From an uncultured Candidatus Binatia bacterium (GTDB taxonomy: Bacteria > Desulfobacterota > Binatia > UBA9968 > JAJDTQ01): a stretch of DNA of 64,000 bases. Below the pieces are notes generated by a model, which saw only the letters and a program-made list of their open reading frames with translations, was not told where the DNA came from and did no database searches. A program made the translations under genes and the position numbers. The number at the start of each line of letters is the position of its first letter. The stretch's first letter is position 1. Of the stretch, positions 17,682 to 25,750 are shown piece by piece. Where the stretch lies: NCBI GenBank assembly GCA_965213675.1, contig OZ243916.1, forward strand, positions 1,280,001-1,344,000, in the 5' to 3' direction.

Positions 17682-18452
17682 TTACAGAACCGCCACGGCC
17701 CCGAGGTAAAGCCCCAACTCGCTGGTCTGTTGCACCGCCCCAAGGCAGTCGCCCGTATAGCCGCCGAGTTTTCGTTCGTACAACCCCCGCATGACCACAT
17801 GACCGATCACAAGCCCCGTGAAGCCAGCCACCATCGCGGACGGCGACGCCAGATACCAAAGCGCCGCCAGCGGCGCGACCCCGGTGGCCAGGGCCAACGC
17901 AAGGCCCGCCGGGGCCACGCCGCCGGCCACCGGCCTGGCCGTGCCCGCCTCCCGCACGTACCGGCTGGTGGCAATGGCCAGCGTCGCCGAGCCGCGGCTC
18001 GCGCCGTGGGCCGCCACCAGCAGCCACGGAACCATGACCGCCGGAGCGGCGGCCAACGCCAGTATCTTCGCGGCCAGCATCAGGCCGAGGCCGGCCGCGC
18101 CGTAGGTGCCCAGGCGGCTGTCCCGCATGATCTCCAACGCCTGCGCGCGCGTGCGGCCGCCGCCGAGCCCATCGCAGGCGTCGGCGAAACCATCCTCGTG
18201 GAACGCCCCGGTGAGCCACAGGGAAGCGGCGGTGGCCAGCACAAGCGCCAAGCCTGCGGGAAAGACGAGGTGTGCGAGCCAGAATACCGCGGCCGCCACC
18301 GCGCCCACGACGATGCCCACCAAAGGGTAGTATCGCACGGCGGCGGCAAGGCGCGCTTCGGTAAAGAGGTCGGTCGCCGGCACCCGGACCCGGGTGAGAA
18401 ACTGGACCGCCAGGAGGAACACCGCCCATTCTTCACGCACGCGTCGCCTCAC
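17682..18452 (-). CDS. cobS: Cobalamin synthase
   Basis: QFLTR, TGAFHEDGFADACDG, IMRDSRLG, GGYTGDCLGA; GTGA overlap with cobT. Confidence 0.95.
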   Translation of the reverse strand: MRRRVREEWAVFLLAVQFLTRVRVPATDLFTEARLAAAVRYYPLVGIVVGAVAAAVFWLAHLVFPAGLALVLATAASLWLTGAFHEDGFADACDGLGGGRTRAQALEIMRDSRLGTYGAAGLGLMLAAKILALAAAPAVMVPWLLVAAHGASRGSATLAIATSRYVREAGTARPVAGGVAPAGLALALATGVAPLAALWYLASPSAMVAGFTGLVIGHVVMRGLYERKLGGYTGDCLGAVQQTSELGLYLGAVAVL

Positions 18453-19471
18453 GCCGGACCGCTCACGCCGGCGCTCTCGAAGCTCGCCATCTCGGACAGC
18501 ATGGCCGCCGCGCACCGGAGCAGCGGCCACGCGAGCAGCGTGCCGGTGCCCTCGCCGAGGCGCATGTCCAGCGCCAGCAAAGGGCGCGCATCCAGGGCCA
18601 GGAGCACGGCGCCGTGGCCGTGCTCGGCGGACCGGTGCGCGAAAACAAGGTAGTCCCGCAGGGCCGGCGCCAACCGCACCGCGGCCAGCGCCGCCACCCC
18701 GGCGATGAAACCGTCCACCAGCACCACCGCCCCGGCGCGGGCCGCTCCCGCCATGGCTCCGGCCATCATGACCATCTCGAAGCCGCCGTACTCCCGCAAC
18801 GCGTCCAAGGCGTCGAGGCGCGCGGCGGTGCGCCGGGCCGCGCGTCCCAGCACCTCGCGCTTGCGCTCCAGGCCCGCGTCGTCCAGGCCGGCGCCCCGCC
18901 CCACGAGCGTGTCCAGGCCCACCCCCGTGAGCTTGTGGGCCACCAGCGCGGCCGCGGCGGTGTTGCCGATTCCCATCTCGCCGAAGGCCGCGGCGTCCGG
19001 CGCGGACGCGGCGCCGAGCTTCTCGCCGGCACGCAGCGCGCCTTCGCATTGCGCCCGGGACATGGCCGGCTCCACGGCACCGTTGCGCGTCCCCGGGGCG
19101 ATGCGCCGGGACACGAGCCCCGGCGCTTCCAAGGGGTCGCCGGCCACCCCGGCGTCCACCACCCGCAAGTCCACGCCGTTGACGCGGGAGAACACGTTGG
19201 CCGCCGCACCGCCGGCAAGAAAATTACGCACCATCTGACGGGTCACGGCACGCGGGTAGGGCGACACACCCTCCTCCGCGATCCCATGGTCGCCGGCGAA
19301 CAGCGTCAGGCGGCAGTGCCGCAGCGTAGGAGTCAGGGTGCCCTGGATGCGCGCGATCTGCGCGGCCACGGCCTCCAGCACCCCCAGGGCGCCCAAGGGC
19401 TTGGTCTTGCCGTCGAGGGCGCGCTGGATCGCGCTGTCGAGGGCGCGGGAGACGGGCGGTACGTGGAGCAC
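18449..19471 (-). CDS. cobT: Nicotinate-nucleotide:dimethylbenzimidazole phosphoribosyltransferase
   Basis: KTKPLGALG, DHG, GEMGIGNT, VDGFI, MRLGEGTG. Confidence 0.96.
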   Translation of the reverse strand: MLHVPPVSRALDSAIQRALDGKTKPLGALGVLEAVAAQIARIQGTLTPTLRHCRLTLFAGDHGIAEEGVSPYPRAVTRQMVRNFLAGGAAANVFSRVNGVDLRVVDAGVAGDPLEAPGLVSRRIAPGTRNGAVEPAMSRAQCEGALRAGEKLGAASAPDAAAFGEMGIGNTAAAALVAHKLTGVGLDTLVGRGAGLDDAGLERKREVLGRAARRTAARLDALDALREYGGFEMVMMAGAMAGAARAGAVVLVDGFIAGVAALAAVRLAPALRDYLVFAHRSAEHGHGAVLLALDARPLLALDMRLGEGTGTLLAWPLLRCAAAMLSEMASFESAGVSGPA

Positions 19472-19506
19472 GTGCTTCCGGGTGGAACGAGAACGGCGTG
19501 ACCCCG

Positions 19507-19782
19507 TCAGCTCAGCCGCTCTTCCGCCAGCCTGGCGCCCTCCACCCGCGCGCGGATCTTCGCGAAGGCGGTATTCCGCGCGGTGGAGACGTCATCGCCA
19601 AAGGGCGAGAATCCGCAGTCGTCGGTGGCGCCAAGCCCGTCCGCGCCCAAGTGCGCCACCGCCCGGTCCATGGCCTGGGCCAGTCCCGCGTCGTCAAGCC
19701 GTCCGGCGCCGTGGGCGCTCATGGCCTCCATCAGATAGCCCGGCCGGGGTATGCTGCCGATGGGTTCCGTGGGGATGGTCAT
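19507..19782 (-). pseudogene. MetE-like (core methionine synthase family) gene with a large in-frame internal deletion
   Basis: N-terminal TEPIGSIPRP joined to C-terminal TDDCGFSPF...AFAKIRARV in only 91 aa. Confidence 0.75.
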
Positions 19783-20123
19783 GTTCCTGTGTCCTTTCCG
19801 ACGCGCGGGCGTCTTTCCGCCGCGGACAGCGGTGGTGATCTCTTCCGGCAGAACGCGCCCGGATGGACACCCCGGCGCTACCTCGATAGTATCCTGAACC
19901 AAGGGGCCAATCCACACCGCGCCAGCGGTTGAAGAGAATTGCGCCGGGATACCCGGCGGCGCAGGCTCCGTAGGTGAGGGTGAGCGGCAGAGTAGGGTTG
20001 TGGAAAATTTTACGAAGCTTTTTTCGCGGGAATGACGGTTCGTAGGCCGTGGTTCGAATCGCTCTCCACGAACTTTTTTGCAACATTGGGGTTCACTTTG
20101 ACCCGAATCGCCGCGCCTCAACA

Positions 20124-21119
20124 ATGGAAAACCCTCCTCCATTCCGGCCAACTCCGGCCAATTCCGGCTCCATCGGGCGGTTGTCGGCGTGGTTCGGCAT
20201 GCTCGTCGGGTGTCTTCTCCTTTCGGCCTGCGAGCCGTCGTTTCCAACCGATTCCCCGGGGCAGCGTATCGTGAGCCTGGACTACTGCGCGGATCAGTTC
20301 GTGCTGGGCCTGGCGGACCGTGCAAACATCCTGGCGCTGTCTCCGGATGCCGCTGCCTCGTTTTCGTACATGCGTGACGCCGCCGAGGGGTTGCCGGTGG
20401 TGCGTCCCCGGGCGGAGGACGTGCTGGCGTTGAAGCCGAGTTTGGTGGTGCGTTCCTACGGCGGCGGCCCCAACGCGCGCGGCTTCTTTGAACGAGCAGG
20501 CGTGGCGGTGGCGCAGATCCGGTTCGCGGACAACATCGCCGCCGTGAGGGAGGTGATCCGGCACGCCGCGCGCGCCCTCGGAGCGCCCGAGCGCGGCGAA
20601 GCGCTCATCACCGGCATGGATGCGCGGCTGCGCGCGGCCCGCGGCCGGCGGCCCGATACGCGCGCGCTGTACATGACGCCGGCCGGCTATTCGGCCGGGC
20701 CCGGCACCTTGGTGGATGACGCGGTGACCGCTGCCGGCCTGGGCAACTTCCAGACCCGGCGCGGCTGGCATCCGATTCCCCTGGAAGACCTCGCCTACGA
20801 AACTCCGGACATGGTGGCCCGGGCCGACTTCGGCGAGGGCACCAACCACGACGACGCCTGGACACCGTTCCGCCATCCGGTGGCCCAGCGCGCCATGCGC
20901 ACGGTTCCCGTCGCCGCGGTGGACGGCGCCACCACCGCGTGCGGCGGCTGGTTCGTGGCCGACGCCGTGACGGCGCTGGCCACCCTGCGCCACACGATTT
21001 CCGCGAAGGTGGACGGCAACCGCGGCCCGGCGGAAGGCCGTGTGAAGCGGCCGGACGCATCGCCTCCAACGCGCGGGCTTCCCGCTCCCGAGGGCGCCGG
21101 GAAGCGGGCCGCGCGGTGA
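20124..21119 (+). CDS. btuF: Corrinoid ABC transporter substrate-binding protein (start uncertain)
   Basis: LLLSAC lipobox, RIVSLDYCADQ, EDVLALKP; cob context. Confidence 0.8.
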   Translation: MENPPPFRPTPANSGSIGRLSAWFGMLVGCLLLSACEPSFPTDSPGQRIVSLDYCADQFVLGLADRANILALSPDAAASFSYMRDAAEGLPVVRPRAEDVLALKPSLVVRSYGGGPNARGFFERAGVAVAQIRFADNIAAVREVIRHAARALGAPERGEALITGMDARLRAARGRRPDTRALYMTPAGYSAGPGTLVDDAVTAAGLGNFQTRRGWHPIPLEDLAYETPDMVARADFGEGTNHDDAWTPFRHPVAQRAMRTVPVAAVDGATTACGGWFVADAVTALATLRHTISAKVDGNRGPAEGRVKRPDASPPTRGLPAPEGAGKRAAR

Positions 21120-22105
21120 GCGACCGCGTGCTGCTCGCCGCCCTGGCGGCGGCCGCGCTGGTGGCCCTGACAGCGGCATGCCTGGTGGGTTCCACTGCCT
21201 TGGGCGTGGACCGGATCCTCTCCGCCCTAACGGGCGGCGGTTCGGCGGGGGACCGGATCGTGGTGTGGGAAATCCGACTGCCGCGCGCCGTGGCCGCGTT
21301 GGTGGTGGGGGCGGCGCTGGGGATGTCCGGGGCGGCCTTGCAGGGGCTCTTGCGCAATCCCCTGGCCGAGCCCGGTGTGCTCGGGGTCTCCGCCACCGCC
21401 GCCTTGGGGGCGACGTTCGTCATCTACTATGGACTCGTGAACGTCCAGGCTCTGACCCTGCCCTTGGCGGCCATTGCCGGCGCGCTGGCGGCCACCGTCC
21501 TCCTGACCGTGGCCGCGGTGCGGGTGGGTTCGGTGGTGACGCTGATCCTGGTGGGTGTGGGGCTGTCGAGTTTCGCGGGCGCGCTCATGGCGCTCTTGAT
21601 GAACCTGGCGCCGCACCCGTTCTCCCTGTCTGAAATGCTCAACTGGATGCTCGGCACGGTGGCCAACCGGAGCTTCCACGACATCCTGCTTGCGACGCCG
21701 TTTCTGGCCGCGGGCCTGGGCGTCCTCTTCGCCGCGCGCCACGGTCTTTCGGCCTTGACCCTGGGAGAGGAAGCGGCGGCGGGTGTGGGCGTCCATCTAG
21801 CCTGGACCCGGCTTCTCGTGGTGGTGGGCGCCGGTCTCGCCACCGGAGCGGCGGTATCCCTTGCCGGCGCCATCGGCTTCGTGGGGATCGTCGCGCCGCA
21901 CCTCGTGCGGCCGCTGGTGAACCACGACCCCGCCCGCACGCTGGCGCCCGCCGCCCTGCTCGCGGGTCTGATCCTGGTGTTCGCGGACATCGGCGTGCGC
22001 GTGGCGCCCACGGACGCGGAGCTGAAGCTCGGCGTGGTGGCGGCGCTGCTGGGCGCGCCGGTGTTCATCTGGATCGCCGCGCGGAGGCGCTTGAATCATG
22101 GGTGA
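21116..22105 (+). CDS. btuC: Corrinoid ABC transporter permease (FecCD family)
   Basis: IRLPRA, QGLLRNPLAEPGVLG, GAIGFVGIVAPH. Confidence 0.88.
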   Translation: MSDRVLLAALAAAALVALTAACLVGSTALGVDRILSALTGGGSAGDRIVVWEIRLPRAVAALVVGAALGMSGAALQGLLRNPLAEPGVLGVSATAALGATFVIYYGLVNVQALTLPLAAIAGALAATVLLTVAAVRVGSVVTLILVGVGLSSFAGALMALLMNLAPHPFSLSEMLNWMLGTVANRSFHDILLATPFLAAGLGVLFAARHGLSALTLGEEAAAGVGVHLAWTRLLVVVGAGLATGAAVSLAGAIGFVGIVAPHLVRPLVNHDPARTLAPAALLAGLILVFADIGVRVAPTDAELKLGVVAALLGAPVFIWIAARRRLNHG

Positions 22106-22871
22106 ACTGCGCGCGCGCGACATCGCCGTGACCCTCGGGCAACGCGAGGTGCTGCGCGGGGCATCCGTGCACGTCGGCGCCGGCGAACTGGTGGTTCTGC
22201 TCGGTCCCAACGGCGCCGGCAAGACCTTGCTGCTGCGAGCCATCCTGGGCCTCGTGAAACGCAAGCGGGGGACGGTCGAGGCCCATGGCGACGATCCCGG
22301 CCGTCTCGGCGCGGCGGAACGCGCCCGGCGCATCGCCTACCTGCCCCAGTCCAGGCCGCTGGCATGGCCCTTGCGGGTGCGCGACGTGGTGGCCCTGGGC
22401 CGTTTCGCCCACGGCGCCGGCCCCGGCAGGATGCGCCGCGAAGACGCCGCCGCCGTCCAACGCGCGCTGGCGGCCGCCGACATCGAAACATTGGCCGACC
22501 GCCCCTGCGACACACTGTCCGGAGGCGAGTTGTGCCGTGTCCACCTGGCCCGGGCCATGGCCGCGGAAGCGCCGATCCTCTTGGCCGACGAGCCCACCGA
22601 AGCCTTGGACCCGCTCCACCAGCATCAAGTGCTGGCGCTGCTGCGGGGCTATGCGGACGCGGGCGGGAGCGCTCTGGTGGTCCTGCACGAGGCCACCTTG
22701 GCTGCGCGCTTCGCCGATCGGTTGGCGTGGATCCGGAACGGCCGCATCGTCGCGGATGGCTCCCCGGCGGCGACGCTTACGCCGCAGCGCATGGCCGAAG
22801 TCTACGGTGTGCGCGCGGCCGTCCGGCGCATCGAAGACGAGTGGGTGGTGGCGGTGAGCGGACCGGCATGA
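22098..22871 (+). CDS. btuD: Corrinoid ABC transporter ATPase
   Basis: GPNGAGKT, LSGGE, LADEP, VLH. Confidence 0.88.
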   Translation: MGELRARDIAVTLGQREVLRGASVHVGAGELVVLLGPNGAGKTLLLRAILGLVKRKRGTVEAHGDDPGRLGAAERARRIAYLPQSRPLAWPLRVRDVVALGRFAHGAGPGRMRREDAAAVQRALAAADIETLADRPCDTLSGGELCRVHLARAMAAEAPILLADEPTEALDPLHQHQVLALLRGYADAGGSALVVLHEATLAARFADRLAWIRNGRIVADGSPAATLTPQRMAEVYGVRAAVRRIEDEWVVAVSGPA

Positions 22872-23012
22872 GGAACCTGTCCGCGCAGGGCGACTGGGGA
22901 TCGCCCCTTGGACGGGCGCCAGGCAAGGGCGGCTCAGGGCCGGGCGCCTTGACAGTCCGCCGGGCTTGATGCACGTATTTGGACAACAACACCCCACGCG
23001 AAGGGAGCCGTG

Positions 23013-23957
23013 ATGAGCACATTGATTACCGGCATTGGCTTGGTGGGCACCGCGTTCGCGCAACGCGCGCTGCAGCGGGGCGAGAAGATCGTGTTTTTCG
23101 ACATGGCGCCGAGGATGGACTTCCTCGAACGCAAGCTGGGCAAGGCCGACGTGACCGTGCTGAAGCGCGACATCCGAGACCTGCCGGCGCTCATCGACGC
23201 CATGCAGACCCACAAGGTGGATACGGTGCTGCACACCGCCGGCCTCATCGGCGGCGCGGTGGCCAACCCGGTCTACAGCGGTCTTCAGATCAACGTCATG
23301 GGCACGGTCAACGTGGCCGAGGCGGTGCGCCTCACCGGCGTCCGGCGATTGATCCAGATCAGCACCATGGGCGTCTACAACCGCCGCCTGGAGGGCGACG
23401 AATCCCTCGGCGAAGGCTTCAACCGGGGCGACGGCAACGCCTACGGCAACTCCAAGGTCGCCAAGGAACTCATGGTGGAGGCCTACCAGCGGCTCTACGG
23501 CTTCGAACTCATCGTGCTGCGGCTGGCCAACGTGTTCGGCTTCGGCCACTTCGCGGGGGGCTCCGCCGGCGGCGAGATGCTGCAGAACCTGGTGGAATCC
23601 GGTCTCACCGGCCGTGTCGCGCACATTCCCCAGGAGTCGACGCGCGACTTCGAGTACGTCTACTTCAAGGACGTGGGCCGGGCCATCGAACGGGCGGCCA
23701 CCATCCCGGCTCCCGCCGAAACCACCTTCAACATCGGCACCGGCGTGGTCGTGACGTTCGACGACCTGGTGGACATGGTCCAGGGGCTGTTGCCGAAGCT
23801 GGAAGTGGAGATCATACCCGGCAAGCCGCCGCGCTCATCAAAGCAGCCCATGGTCATCACCCGCGCCAAGGAATTGCTCGGCTGGGAGCCCGAGTACACC
23901 GTCGAGGAAGGGTTCAAGGCGTACATCGAGGACTTGAAGGCGGCCGGCGGCGGGTGA
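23013..23957 (+). CDS. NAD-dependent epimerase/dehydratase (extended SDR)
   Basis: TGIGLVG, HTAG, YGNSK (YxxxK). Confidence 0.88.
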   Translation: MSTLITGIGLVGTAFAQRALQRGEKIVFFDMAPRMDFLERKLGKADVTVLKRDIRDLPALIDAMQTHKVDTVLHTAGLIGGAVANPVYSGLQINVMGTVNVAEAVRLTGVRRLIQISTMGVYNRRLEGDESLGEGFNRGDGNAYGNSKVAKELMVEAYQRLYGFELIVLRLANVFGFGHFAGGSAGGEMLQNLVESGLTGRVAHIPQESTRDFEYVYFKDVGRAIERAATIPAPAETTFNIGTGVVVTFDDLVDMVQGLLPKLEVEIIPGKPPRSSKQPMVITRAKELLGWEPEYTVEEGFKAYIEDLKAAGGG

Positions 23958-23967
23958 GCCCCCCAAC

Positions 23968-24006
23968 GAGGTCGCAACGCGAGGTCGTAATGTGAGGTCG
24001 TAAGTC
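23968..24006 (+). repeat. Three 13-bp imperfect direct repeats
   Basis: gaggtcgcaacgc, gaggtcgtaatgt, gaggtcgtaagtc. Confidence 0.7.
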
Positions 24007-24083
24007 GCGGCGTCCTTCGCCGCCGTGGAGCGAAGCCGAAGGACCACTCATCGCCATTCCGCGGGGCAGGCTCGCGGCCGTGT

Positions 24084-24112
24084 TTGACAAGGTCTCCCCG
24101 CACAAGTACAAA
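24084..24112 (+). promoter_or_regulatory. Putative sigma70 promoter for the tonB-btuB leader
   Basis: TTGACA-17 nt-TACAAA. Confidence 0.55.
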
Positions 24113-24185
24113 CCCCATGTCCTGACCGTTTCATTCGGATGAACGGGCAGGACACCAGACCATGGGCGGCCTTCCCGGCCGCCCG

Positions 24186-24354
24186 GTCCTCAGGTCCCCT
24201 CGGGGATAACAGGGAAACCGGTTGAAAGCCGGTGCGGTCCCGCCACTGTAAATGGGAACCCTTGCCAGGGTGCCACTGTTCCGCGCTTGGGAACGGGAAG
24301 GCGGCAAGGCGGTCCACGCGGCCAGCCCATGAGCCAGGAGACCTACCTGAGGAC
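24186..24354 (+). promoter_or_regulatory. Cobalamin riboswitch 1
   Basis: AGGGAA, CCGGT-TGAAA-GCCGG stem, GCCACTGTAA, GCCACTG...GGGAAGG, B12 box GAGCCAGGAGACCT; P1 gtcctcaggt/acctgaggac. Confidence 0.93.
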
Positions 24355-24478
24355 ACGACACACCGTGCTCTCCGAGGAGAGAGAGGAGGTCTCGCCATTC
24401 ACACCTGTCCCCTGCTTTCGTTCGTCTTCGCCTCCGTCGAGCCGGGTCTAATCTGACCCGTTCGGGAACGACGACGAC

Positions 24479-25510
24479 GTGCGCCGCTTTCTGTACTCCC
24501 TGTTGGGTTCCGCGCTGCTCCACGCCGCGCTGTTGTGGGCGCCCTTGCCCATGAACGCCGGCGACGCGGGCCAGGACGACGTGGCGGTACTGCGGCTGAG
24601 GCTCGTGGCGCCGACGCGGAGCGCTGCGACGAAGTCCATGGCGCAGCCACGGCAGCAGGCCGCGCTGAAGCCGGACGCGCGCCGCGCACGGTCGGAGCCG
24701 AAGCCGGACACGCGCCGGGCGCCGGCCAGGCTCAAGCGGGAGGCGCGCCCGGCACCGGCCACGCCACCGCACGTGACGCCGGAACCCGCGCGTGTTCCAT
24801 CACCAGCCGCGATACGGGTGGCGAAGGCCGCGCTCGTGACCGGGAACCTCGAAGCGGCCGCTCCGGCCCGGAACCGACCGGCTCCCGTCGCCAGGACGCG
24901 GACCAGGCCGGCGGCGGCTGCGCGCACGCACGCCAAGCCCCTGCCCAAGCCCCCTCGGGCGCTACCCGCGGCGCGGGGCGCGGAGCCCGCGGCGCCAGTC
25001 GTTGCGGTTGCCCCGACCGGCGTCATGCGTCCAAACGCGCCCGACCGAGGGACGATGCAGTCCGCCCGCGCCGGCGGCGGGGCGCCCAAGCCGCCTGACA
25101 AGGTGGACGGCGACAGCGATGCCTTGAAGAACGGGTTGAACGCCGGCCGCGTCCGCGAGCGCAGCGAACCCGAGAGCGCGCTCAACCTGGCACGCGGCAC
25201 GCCCCCGCGGCCGGTCACGGCGGGCGCCGCATTCAGCCCGGCGCGTTACGCGCGCACCGTCAAGCCCGGCTATCCGCGCAAGGCGCGCCGCGCCGGCTGG
25301 GAAGGCACGACGCTGCTCAAGGTGCTTGTCAACCCGGACGGCGCACCGGGCGACGTGGCGGTGGAACGCACGTCGGGTTTCGGCATCCTCGACGAAGCCG
25401 CGGTCAAGGCGGTCCAGCGCTGGCGGTTTCACCCGGCGCGACGCCGAGGCGCGCCCTCGTCGAGCTGGGTTCGAGTTCCGGTGGCGTTCCGGTTGAAGGA
25501 GGTTCGCTGA
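24479..25510 (+). CDS. tonB: TonB energy transducer
   Basis: N-terminal TM with SALLH, Pro/Ala-rich linker, C-domain YPRKARRAGWEG...LDEAA...WRFHPA. Confidence 0.88.
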   Translation: MRRFLYSLLGSALLHAALLWAPLPMNAGDAGQDDVAVLRLRLVAPTRSAATKSMAQPRQQAALKPDARRARSEPKPDTRRAPARLKREARPAPATPPHVTPEPARVPSPAAIRVAKAALVTGNLEAAAPARNRPAPVARTRTRPAAAARTHAKPLPKPPRALPAARGAEPAAPVVAVAPTGVMRPNAPDRGTMQSARAGGGAPKPPDKVDGDSDALKNGLNAGRVRERSEPESALNLARGTPPRPVTAGAAFSPARYARTVKPGYPRKARRAGWEGTTLLKVLVNPDGAPGDVAVERTSGFGILDEAAVKAVQRWRFHPARRRGAPSSSWVRVPVAFRLKEVR

Positions 25511-25550
25511 TGAGAACGTAACGACGACATTCCGATTCGCCACAGACCTT

Positions 25551-25712
25551 AAGACGGACGCCAGGGAAAGGGGTGCGAATCCCCTGCTGCCCCGCAACTG
25601 TAACGGCGACGAAAGCCGCGAATCGAGCCACTGCCCGTACGGCGGGTGGGAAGGCGCGGCAAGTAGGACGGCGAACTGCCACGACGCCCAAGCCAGGAAA
25701 CCTGTCCGTTTT
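25551..25712 (+). promoter_or_regulatory. Cobalamin riboswitch 2
   Basis: AGGGAA, GGTGCGAATCC, GCAACTGTAA, GCCACTG...GGGAAGG, AAGCCAGGAAACCT; P1 aagacggac/gtccgtttt. Confidence 0.93.
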
Positions 25713-25750
25713 CCATCCACAATCCACCTTCGCGGGAAAGGAAGATTGCC

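Noticed and set aside
19783-20123. SAM or cobalamin riboswitch between the MetE remnant and btuF (also sought at 12650-12978 before cobU)
   Set aside because: No B12 box or S-box core was found by eye; an Infernal scan would settle it.
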